A stretch of DNA of 53,838 bases. Source: an uncultured Melioribacteraceae bacterium (GTDB lineage Bacteria > Bacteroidota > Ignavibacteria > Ignavibacteriales > Melioribacteraceae). The notes beneath the pieces are model-generated. The model was not told where the DNA came from. It searched no databases and saw only the letters and a program-made list of their open reading frames with translations. Positions within the stretch are counted from its first letter, which is position 1. Each line of letters opens with the position of its first letter. The translations under genes were made by a program, and so were the position numbers. Shown piece after piece: positions 39,540-47,976 of the stretch. Location of the stretch: assembly GCA_964554135.1 (NCBI GenBank), contig CAZKNM010000004.1:1-53838 (forward strand), read 5' to 3'.

Positions 39540-39568
39540 TTGACAAATAACTTGGCATATGTTAAATT
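39540..39568 (+). promoter_or_regulatory. Candidate sigma70-like promoter in the long leader upstream of the TonB-dependent receptor
   Basis: TTGACA (39540-45) is followed by a 17-nt spacer and TAAATT (39563-68). It lies in a 594-bp AT-rich non-coding region. The promoter rules for this lineage are unknown to me. Confidence 0.35.
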
Positions 39569-39885
39569 CAATTTAAAAATACCAGATATCTTACTACGCA
39601 AGGGTGCTTGAAGTAAGATAAAGTTAGAAAATAAAACAGAATTTCATATTTTTATTCCGTTAAGTTTATGGGGGAATAAAAACATTTTTTCTATACCAAT
39701 TAGACTTATGATAAAAAAATTGTGTTCCATAAGTACCGATTTTTTACCTCGATTATTAGACAAAATTTTTTCTATATAGTAAAAGTAAAATAATAATTTA
39801 ACTAGAAAAGGAGGTGAGGTTGAAAAAAAGTTTACAATTTTTTCATTTCCCAACCCATTTTTAATTAACTAATGAGGAGAAAAAT

Positions 39886-42870
39886 ATGCATCGAAGAATT
39901 TTTTACGTTTTGTTTTTCCTAACTCTTATACCGACTCTTTTGATGGCGGGTACAAGGGGAAGGATTAAGGGGACCGTTGTGGATCTTCAAACGGGGGATC
40001 CCCTAATTGGTGCAAACGTAATTGTAATGGGTACTAGTATCGGCGCTGCAACCGATGCAAACGGGGATTTCCTGCTTCTGAATCTTGAAGCTGGAGTTTA
40101 TGATGTTCGTGCTTCATACCTCGGGTACCAGACAATCACACTTACTAATGTGAGAGTTAATGCTGATTTAACTACTTACATTACCTTCGACCTACCAAGC
40201 GAGGAAGTGCAAGTAGGTACGGTCACAATTATAGCAGAAAGACCTCTTATTCAGAAAGACGCTACAAACGCAACGAGAATTACCTCGAGCGAAGATATTC
40301 AAGCTCTTCCAATAAGAGGCGTTAATAATATTCTTGGTTTAACTGCCGGTGTTGTTCTTCAGAACAATTATGTTTATATCCGCGGTGGTAGAAGAGACGA
40401 AGTTGGCTATTACTTGGAAGGTGTCTCTATTACCAACCCGATGGCTGGAGGTCGTGCAGTTACCATTTCTCAGGATGCATTGGAAGAAATTCAGGTTCAA
40501 TCCGGTGGTTATACTGCTGAATTCGGCGGAGCTAATGCAGGTATCGTCCGTCAGCAGTTAAGATCCGGTAGTACACAATTCAAAGCCAGCTTTGAATACA
40601 TTACTGATAACGTCACTTTCAAGAGCAAAGACGATGCTTTTGACGGTGAAAAAAGATTAGGTGCATTCTGGTGGGGATACAACGAAATTAGTGCTACTTT
40701 AAGTGGTCCTATTTTCGATCCGAAATATAAATTTTTCTTTAATTTTAATAATGTGTACCAAAGAGATGATAATCCTCAACCATGGCCTGGTATTAATTTA
40801 GGTCGGGTTGTTGGAGAAACGGGAGATGTTCTTGAGAACTTCTATATTCCCGCTGGTCCAACGTATGCAAATTCAATGAATGTCTATACTTATTCAGGTA
40901 CAATGAACTTAGATTTCACACCTATTCTAATTAGGTTATCCGGAACTTATACAGATACTAAAAATGATATCGGGCAAAGAGCAGGTCAGTTAAATTTTCT
41001 TAATCCACGCGTTGGAGAACAATTATTGGCCAATGGTGCTTTCTCTGCTAGATTAACGCATGTTCTCAGCCCAACTATGTTTTATGAAATTTCCGGTGGT
41101 TATTTCTTACAAACAAGAACAGATCAAGATCCTTACTTAAAAGATAATTACTGGGCTTACGGCGATAGTCTTGCCAATGCCGATTTTGGTTGGACCTGGA
41201 CAAGGTCAGCCAACGATATTTTAAACGGTGTTGTTGGACGCTATCAAAGACCAACTAGGTTAAATATCCAGGGATTCGATTTCACTGCTCCTGGTGAAGT
41301 TCCCTCTGCTTATTTGTTGCAGGATAGAACATCTTGGAGTGTTAACGGTGCTTTGTCATTCTTGATCGGCAAAGTTCATTCCTTCAAGATTGGTGGTGAG
41401 TATCAGCAATATACTATAAGGCAATGGAATATACCTGGCAACACTGTACAAATGGGATTTGCAGATAAAGTTGCAAGAGGTGATGATCTCACCCAAATCA
41501 TGGTAACCTCAGGTGTTGACAACCTCGGATACGATGTGTTTGCTCAAGAATCTGATGTAGAAGGTCTCTGGGGAGCGAAGAAACCCGTATTTGCCGCAGC
41601 TTATATACAAGACAGAATTGAATTTGAAGATATAATCTTGAACGTCGGTTTAAGATACGATTATATTGATATCGATAACTATACTATGGTTGATCCTTCA
41701 CAACCTGAATTCAGTATCAACTATAATAGTGGCGCAATTGTCGAAGACGGTTGGGTAAAAACCGAAAGCTTCAGCTCTGTAAGTCCGAGACTTGGTTTCT
41801 CATTCCCTGTTACCGACAGAACAGTATTCCATGCTCAGTTCGGTAAGTTCATTCAGCAGCCAAGATTAGGCGATCAATACCAAGGTCCTTATAGAACCGG
41901 TTTCGAATTAAGAGGCGGTTTCCATATTTCTCAGCCTACAGGTAGAGATGTTAGACCTACTCGTACAACACAATATGAGGTTGGTTTCACTCAACAGTTA
42001 ACAGACTTTATGTCGTTCGACATTACCGGTTATTATAGAGACGTAAAGGATCAAGTTATATTTGTATTACAACAGGTTGAAAGAACATCTCCATTTGCCG
42101 GTTATTATTCAATGTCTAACGGTGACTTTGCAACTACAAAAGGTATCGAATTAACATTGAATATGCGTCGTTATGAAAGAATGTCAATGAATGCAACATT
42201 ATCATTCCAAGATGCTAGGGGAACAGGTTCATTCCCGAGCTCCAATAATGGTATTGTAGCAGCACCACTTGATAACGTAACTATATTTACTCCTGCATAT
42301 GTGACACCGCTTTCATATGAGAATGCTTTTTCCGGGAATATTAATATTGATTACAGATTCGGTCCTAACGATGGTCCGGAAATATTGCATGATTTCGGTA
42401 TCTCGGTTCTCGCAACATTTAACAGCGGTCATCCATTTACACGAGGACAAAGTGGCGCATTAAACTATGAAACCGACTCAAGATTCAGACAAGCAATTGA
42501 ACCATTGAACGCCTCGAGCACACCATCTGTTTTCAATGTTGATCTAAGAGTCGATAAGACCTTCCATATTTGGGATAGACTCTCTGCCAATGTTTATGTT
42601 TACGTGATTAACATATTTGATGCTCTTAATCAGTTCAACGTATTCGGCAGAACAGGTTCAACTGAAGATGATGGATATATCACTCAACCGGCAATCCAAG
42701 AAAATCTAGTTGCGAATTACGGCGAAAGCTATCTCGATTTATATAACGCTATTCAGATTGATTATCAGAGAGGATACGGTGGAGGCGGTAGCGCATTCGT
42801 TCCTGCTGAATCAGGTTTCTTGTACGGTCCGCCTCGTCAAATTAGATTTGGCATTAGATTAGAATACTAA
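39886..42870 (+). CDS. TonB-dependent outer-membrane receptor with N-terminal CarboxypepD_reg domain
   Basis: A signal peptide is followed by GRIKGTVVDLQTGDPLIGANVIVMGTSIGAATDANGDF...ASYLGYQT. The plug region contains a TonB-box-like VQVGTVTIIA and IRGGRRDEVGYYLEGVSITNP. The ORF is 994 aa long and ends FGIRLEY. A GAGGAG SD lies upstream. Confidence 0.85.
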   Translation: MHRRIFYVLFFLTLIPTLLMAGTRGRIKGTVVDLQTGDPLIGANVIVMGTSIGAATDANGDFLLLNLEAGVYDVRASYLGYQTITLTNVRVNADLTTYITFDLPSEEVQVGTVTIIAERPLIQKDATNATRITSSEDIQALPIRGVNNILGLTAGVVLQNNYVYIRGGRRDEVGYYLEGVSITNPMAGGRAVTISQDALEEIQVQSGGYTAEFGGANAGIVRQQLRSGSTQFKASFEYITDNVTFKSKDDAFDGEKRLGAFWWGYNEISATLSGPIFDPKYKFFFNFNNVYQRDDNPQPWPGINLGRVVGETGDVLENFYIPAGPTYANSMNVYTYSGTMNLDFTPILIRLSGTYTDTKNDIGQRAGQLNFLNPRVGEQLLANGAFSARLTHVLSPTMFYEISGGYFLQTRTDQDPYLKDNYWAYGDSLANADFGWTWTRSANDILNGVVGRYQRPTRLNIQGFDFTAPGEVPSAYLLQDRTSWSVNGALSFLIGKVHSFKIGGEYQQYTIRQWNIPGNTVQMGFADKVARGDDLTQIMVTSGVDNLGYDVFAQESDVEGLWGAKKPVFAAAYIQDRIEFEDIILNVGLRYDYIDIDNYTMVDPSQPEFSINYNSGAIVEDGWVKTESFSSVSPRLGFSFPVTDRTVFHAQFGKFIQQPRLGDQYQGPYRTGFELRGGFHISQPTGRDVRPTRTTQYEVGFTQQLTDFMSFDITGYYRDVKDQVIFVLQQVERTSPFAGYYSMSNGDFATTKGIELTLNMRRYERMSMNATLSFQDARGTGSFPSSNNGIVAAPLDNVTIFTPAYVTPLSYENAFSGNINIDYRFGPNDGPEILHDFGISVLATFNSGHPFTRGQSGALNYETDSRFRQAIEPLNASSTPSVFNVDLRVDKTFHIWDRLSANVYVYVINIFDALNQFNVFGRTGSTEDDGYITQPAIQENLVANYGESYLDLYNAIQIDYQRGYGGGGSAFVPAESGFLYGPPRQIRFGIRLEY

Positions 42871-42915
42871 TATCTAATTTGAATGAATATTAAATCCATA
42901 TAATAGGAGTAAAAC

Positions 42916-44067
42916 ATGAACATAAAAATAATTAAGTATTTAAGCATCTTCCTATTGATAGCGGTATTTTCCATTCTAAACCTTCGTGCAGAAGGTGTAG
43001 GGGGAAATAAAGCCGAACTTCTGAATAGGACTTTCGGCACTCCCGCTAATACTCACTTTAATATTAACCTGATTTCTACCTGGTTATATTACGATGCAAG
43101 AGGGGATATAAATAACGCCGGTAACTCCGGTTTTGTTTATCCCAAAGGCAGTAACAGAGCTGTATTCTTTCAATCCGGATTTATCTGGGGCGGGGTAGTA
43201 GATGGTGAAATTAGAGTTGGTGGTACTGCATATAGAACAGGTATGACACCGGGTTGGGTTGAAAACGGTGTACCTGCCAGTCCCGATGCAGCCGATGTTC
43301 GTATATATAGAGTAAGACCCGATTATGCAACCGGCGATGTTTCATCAGAATTAGCTGATGGCGATGGTGTATCTATCGAAGCTATTAGAGCACAATATGA
43401 ATTAGACTGGAATCAATGGCCGGCACTTTACGGCGCTCCATACGAAGACGTTGATGGTGACGGCGCGTATGATGCTACGGTCGATATACCTGGTGTTCCC
43501 GGTGCCGATCAAACTATCTGGCACGTATGTAATGACTTTGACCCAGCACAAACCGATTATTTATATGGTTCTCTTCCAATGGGTCTTGAAGTTCAATATA
43601 CTTTCTGGGGATACAATACAGCCGGTGCTCTAGGCAGCACAATGTTCAGAAAGTATACGATGATTAACAAAAATATCGATGGATTGGATATTACCGATAT
43701 GTATGTTTCAATGTGGAGTGACCCTGACTTAGGTGATGCATCCGACGACTTTACAGGTTGCGATACTACCTTAAGTTTAGGATTTATTTATAATGCAAAT
43801 GCTTTTGATGCACAATATGGATATACTCCACCCGCAGGTGGATTCGACTTCTTCCAGGGTCCTATTATTGATGGTCTCCCAAGTGATGAAGCCATTTTCA
43901 AAGGACAAAGAGTTTACGGAAAGATAAACCTGCCAATGTCGGCATATTATTTCTTTATAAACAGTGACCCTGTTTATACCGATCCAACACAGGGCGAGTA
44001 TGCCAGAGGTACATTAGGATTCTACAATCTATTCGACAACTGGTCAGCCATTCCCGGTTCCGGATGA
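42916..44067 (+). CDS. Large secreted T9SS cargo protein of unknown function, N-terminal part (frame broken near 44035)
   Basis: It has an AGGAG SD and the signal peptide MNIKIIKYLSIFLLIAVFSILNLRA. An Asp-rich DVDGDGAYDATVDIPGVPG motif is present. The ORF ends abruptly while the +1 frame continues open. Confidence 0.6.
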   Translation: MNIKIIKYLSIFLLIAVFSILNLRAEGVGGNKAELLNRTFGTPANTHFNINLISTWLYYDARGDINNAGNSGFVYPKGSNRAVFFQSGFIWGGVVDGEIRVGGTAYRTGMTPGWVENGVPASPDAADVRIYRVRPDYATGDVSSELADGDGVSIEAIRAQYELDWNQWPALYGAPYEDVDGDGAYDATVDIPGVPGADQTIWHVCNDFDPAQTDYLYGSLPMGLEVQYTFWGYNTAGALGSTMFRKYTMINKNIDGLDITDMYVSMWSDPDLGDASDDFTGCDTTLSLGFIYNANAFDAQYGYTPPAGGFDFFQGPIIDGLPSDEAIFKGQRVYGKINLPMSAYYFFINSDPVYTDPTQGEYARGTLGFYNLFDNWSAIPGSG

Positions 44068-44137
44068 AGCAGGCGGTGGAACATCAAAATTCTGTCTGTC
44101 TGGTGATCCTATTGCAAGAACCGGCTGGATTGACGGT

Positions 44138-46684
44138 ATGCAGCATCCACCTGGAGATAGAAGATTAGGACAAGTCGCAGGTCCATTTACAATGGCTTAC
44201 GGTGATACTCAGGAAGTTGTTATTGCCGAGATGGCTGCCGGTGCACAGCCGGGAATTGATAGACTTGGTGCGCTTGGTCTTCTAAAATTCTATGACCTCG
44301 AAGCTCAATTAACTTATGATAACTTCTTCAACGTTCCTATTGCTCCTGCGATTCCGCAGGTAAGCGTAACTGAACTTGATAGAGAAATTGTTCTCGATTG
44401 GTCTTTGGATAGAGATGCAGTTGAAGCAACCGAAAGTCATGATCAGTTCGGATTTACTTTCCAGGGTTATAATGTCTATCAATTACCAACGGATTATGCA
44501 ACTATGGCCGAAGCGAGAAGAATAGCTACTTATGATAAATTTGACGGTATTGCTAAAATTGAAGGATTAGCATTCGACATTACATCGGGTGTTGTTACTC
44601 GAAAAGTTCTTCAATTCGGTTCAGACTCTGGTATTCAGAGATATATAAGTATTACAACCGATGCTTTGAGCGGCAGTACTCCTTTAGTAAACGGTACCAG
44701 GTATTATTTCGCAGTTACATCTTATGCATTTAATGCGGATCCTAATGCTGTACCGAACAACTTGGAGAATACATTGGCCCATATTACCGTTGTTCCTCAA
44801 GGACAGCTACCTGGTAACAGAATTTATACGGAAACCAGTGCTGGCGCCGAAGCTGATCAAGCAAGCGGTACGGCAAACGGTGCGTTTGAATGGTGGGTTG
44901 TTGATCCTACAAGAACTTCAGGGCATGAGTATGAAGTATTCTTTGATCTACAGCATTATTATTTGGATGTTGACGGTCATTGGAAGCATACAAATTATCC
45001 CGATAGAGTTGGTAAGAGAGGTGTAACTGATCAGTCAGCAGCCTATCTAACCGGTGCTCTTGTAACATCCACTACTGTAGGAACAGCCAATTTAACACTT
45101 ACCGTTGAGGGTATTGAAGATTCACCCGATTATAACTACGCAGATGGTGTTCTTATAAAATTACCACCGACTGTTGGTATCAATAGTGTTGAAGAACATT
45201 CTTCACGTGGTGGCCTACTTACTGAAATAGATTATGCTAACAATACTATTTTTGTTGGTGACAGCAGTAGATCTGCTTACGGCGGTTTCCAAGGCGGCGG
45301 TGAAACTATAGTTATAAACATCACTATGCCTACTCTTCCATTAACGCTATGGTTTAAGATATATGACGACGGCTGGGCTGAAAGTGATCCTGCATACGCA
45401 GGTTACGCAGCATTGGGCGGCGGACTTGTTGATGGAGAAGGCACATTAACTGTCAGTGAAATTGGTTATTCTTTCAGAACCCAAAATCACTGGAATATAA
45501 AAGACGTTACTGCTGATGAAGTCGTTGTTGAGGATCAAACCGTAATTGGAGGTATCGATTTTTATACGGGCGAGACACACTACGATTTGGATGGACCGAC
45601 ATTCGACGGATTACAAGGTGCGCTTACCGCCGGAAGCTATGAAACACCGATTAATTATTACAGCATTTCACTTGAATCACCTACCGGATTGACTACACTT
45701 TCAACCAGTGCAGGTGCAACAAGTACTAGACTTAGAATAATAAATTACACCTATTTCAGCGGTACTATTTCCAGCTGGGCTTACGATAATTTTGGTTTTG
45801 GTACAACTGTTATTGAAGAACTTCAACAGGATTACGAACTCAGATTTACCGGTGTTTGGGCACAGCGTACTTTAGCAGATGGCAGAACATATCATTACAT
45901 CGAAAGCGGCGGTCAGATGGCAACATTATTCGCAGGATCGAGTGCTGCAGCTGTAGCAGCTCATCCGGATAATCCTACTCCTGGTGTTGACAATGACTTC
46001 TTAGTAAGAATTCCGTTTGAAGTATGGAATGTTGATGATCCGGATAATGAATATCAAGTTAATTTTATGTTCCGAGATCGTGAACAACTTGCAACGTCAG
46101 ATCCAATGTATGCGTGGAATATAGCAAATAGAATGTATGCTGTTATAGTTAATTCACCATATGATGAAGCTACAGTAATTCCCGGTAATGCAAATCCTTT
46201 AAGTGACTTTGCTACCTGGGTTTTAGTTTTCTACGGAACGGATGCTCATTTGGGCGACGTTGTCAGCATTGTTTATGCTAATCCAATTCAGTTAGGTATT
46301 GATACCTGGACATTTACCGCTCCTGCAGCTCAATCATATAATGCTGAATTAGCTAAGCAAGACATACAGGATGAATTGAATGTATTCCCGAATCCATATT
46401 ATGGTGTAAACTCTCAGGAAATAAATAAGTATCAAAGGTTCGTTACATTCTCCCACTTACCGACTACTGCAACAATCAGAATATTCAACTTAGCCGGTCA
46501 ATTGGTAAGAACAATTGAAAAATCTGATGTAGGTCAATTCCAACGTTGGGATTTAATGAACGGAGCTGGACTACCCGTAGCTAGTGGTCTTTATTTAGCA
46601 TATATAGATATGCCAGATTTAGGAACTACTAAGGTACTTAAAGTAGCCATTATCCAGGAACAACAGATTCTGGATAGATTCTAG
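44138..46684 (+). CDS. Large secreted T9SS cargo protein, C-terminal part with type-A T9SS sorting domain
   Basis: This frame is open from 44018, well upstream of the first ATG. An FN3-like segment is visible (PQVSVTELDREIVLDW...FQGYNVYQL). The last 100 aa or so, FPNPYYG...ATIRIFNLAGQLVRTI...WDLMNGAGLPVASGLYLAYI, match the Por_Secre_tail pattern. Confidence 0.7.
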   Translation: MQHPPGDRRLGQVAGPFTMAYGDTQEVVIAEMAAGAQPGIDRLGALGLLKFYDLEAQLTYDNFFNVPIAPAIPQVSVTELDREIVLDWSLDRDAVEATESHDQFGFTFQGYNVYQLPTDYATMAEARRIATYDKFDGIAKIEGLAFDITSGVVTRKVLQFGSDSGIQRYISITTDALSGSTPLVNGTRYYFAVTSYAFNADPNAVPNNLENTLAHITVVPQGQLPGNRIYTETSAGAEADQASGTANGAFEWWVVDPTRTSGHEYEVFFDLQHYYLDVDGHWKHTNYPDRVGKRGVTDQSAAYLTGALVTSTTVGTANLTLTVEGIEDSPDYNYADGVLIKLPPTVGINSVEEHSSRGGLLTEIDYANNTIFVGDSSRSAYGGFQGGGETIVINITMPTLPLTLWFKIYDDGWAESDPAYAGYAALGGGLVDGEGTLTVSEIGYSFRTQNHWNIKDVTADEVVVEDQTVIGGIDFYTGETHYDLDGPTFDGLQGALTAGSYETPINYYSISLESPTGLTTLSTSAGATSTRLRIINYTYFSGTISSWAYDNFGFGTTVIEELQQDYELRFTGVWAQRTLADGRTYHYIESGGQMATLFAGSSAAAVAAHPDNPTPGVDNDFLVRIPFEVWNVDDPDNEYQVNFMFRDREQLATSDPMYAWNIANRMYAVIVNSPYDEATVIPGNANPLSDFATWVLVFYGTDAHLGDVVSIVYANPIQLGIDTWTFTAPAAQSYNAELAKQDIQDELNVFPNPYYGVNSQEINKYQRFVTFSHLPTTATIRIFNLAGQLVRTIEKSDVGQFQRWDLMNGAGLPVASGLYLAYIDMPDLGTTKVLKVAIIQEQQILDRF

Positions 46685-46709
46685 TTATCAAACATCAAGG
46701 AGATTGAAA

Positions 46710-47741
46710 ATGAAAAAAATAAAATTAACATTGTTTTTCGTACTCATTTCCCTGATATCTGCGGGTAGTATTTTTGCCAGCGGTGGAAATAGAAACGGTA
46801 CCGCTGGGGCAATGCAATTGTTGATTCCCGTAGGTGCTCGTGGTATCGCAATGGGAGGCGCTACGCTGACCAATTCTACCGGTATACAGGCACTCTATTG
46901 GAACCCGGCTAATCTCGCAATATCAGACTATACCACCAATGTTCTATTCTCTCATATGAATTATATTGCAGACATTGGTGTTGAATACGGTGCAGTATCT
47001 ACTAGTCTGGAAGGATTAGGTACAATTGCTTTCAGCATTAAAGCATTGAGTATCGATCCGATAATTGTTACAACCATATCAAATCCGGATGGTACAGGCC
47101 AAACATTTACACCAAACTTTATGGTTATCGGTCTAACCTACTCCAGAATGCTTAGTGACCGAATATCGGTTGGTATAACCGGTAATTTGATAACCGAAGA
47201 ACTTGCTTTGGTTAAAGCTAGTGGTGTTTCTTTCGATATTGGTGTTGCATATAGACACTTAGCCAATATTCAAGGATTGAGCCTTGCTATCTGTATGAAA
47301 AACCTCGGACCTCAAATGAAGTACGATGGTTCTGGATTATATATTTCAGCTACAGCAGAGGCATTAGAACGTCCTGCACAGTTCTACAAAATCGAAGCTG
47401 CAGCTTTTGAATTACCTTCGACACTTGAAATTGGTTTGGGATATCAGTACGATTTCAACGAATCCAATTCTCTTCAAGTATCGGGTGTTTTCCAGAACAA
47501 CAACTTCTGGGGTGATGAATATAAATTCGGTGCTGAATATAATTTCGATAACTTCCTTTTCTTTAGAGGCGGTTATCAACTCACACCTGATTTAGAGACT
47601 GAGGACAACATCTACGGATTATCGGCCGGAGTTGGTATTAACTACGACCTCGGTGGTGTTAATCTGAAGATCGACTATGCATACAGACAAGTTGAATACT
47701 TTGATGATAATCATGTAATAACCGTTGGTATTGGGTTATAA
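46710..47741 (+). CDS. PorV/PorQ-family outer-membrane barrel (T9SS cargo shuttle-like)
   Basis: An AAGGAG SD lies 7 nt before ATG 46710; the ORF track starts at TTG 46704. After the signal peptide comes GTAGAMQLLIPVGARGIAMGGATLT...ALYWNPANLA, as in PorV/LptO N-termini. The rest is beta-strand-rich and ends in a short hydrophobic beta-strand-like segment, VITVGIGL. Confidence 0.75.
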   Translation: MKKIKLTLFFVLISLISAGSIFASGGNRNGTAGAMQLLIPVGARGIAMGGATLTNSTGIQALYWNPANLAISDYTTNVLFSHMNYIADIGVEYGAVSTSLEGLGTIAFSIKALSIDPIIVTTISNPDGTGQTFTPNFMVIGLTYSRMLSDRISVGITGNLITEELALVKASGVSFDIGVAYRHLANIQGLSLAICMKNLGPQMKYDGSGLYISATAEALERPAQFYKIEAAAFELPSTLEIGLGYQYDFNESNSLQVSGVFQNNNFWGDEYKFGAEYNFDNFLFFRGGYQLTPDLETEDNIYGLSAGVGINYDLGGVNLKIDYAYRQVEYFDDNHVITVGIGL

Positions 47742-47774
47742 GATTATTGTCGGAGTTTTTAAACTGAATTCTCT

Positions 47775-47814
47775 AACCCGAGCTTTCATATTGAAAGCTC
47801 GGGTTTTTTATTTT
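47775..47814 (+). terminator. Rho-independent terminator
   Basis: A perfect 13-bp stem, AACCCGAGCTTTC (47775-87) / GAAAGCTCGGGTT (47793-805), encloses a 5-nt loop. It is followed by TTTTATTTT. Confidence 0.88.
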
Positions 47815-47976
47815 AAATGGGAATTTTGTGTGGTAATTTTTTCTCTTAGGGAGTGATAGAGTAAATATTTTACATTGATTTTTATTTATTATATAACTAT
47901 TTATTGTCTGCAATATTTCAAAGAACTTTTTTATTAAGGGGAGATACATCTTTTTCATAAAATAAGAGGCAATACC

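Noticed and set aside
39644-39853. 69-aa minus-strand ORF in the long AT-rich intergenic region
   Set aside because: It has no SD, its Phe/Ile/Lys-rich composition simply reflects AT richness, and it would run divergently from nothing. The region is better explained as a regulatory leader.
47773-47958. 61-aa minus-strand ORF between the PorV-like and GWxTD genes
   Set aside because: It overlaps the strong bidirectional-looking terminator hairpin, and its AT-rich composition suggests a chance ORF.
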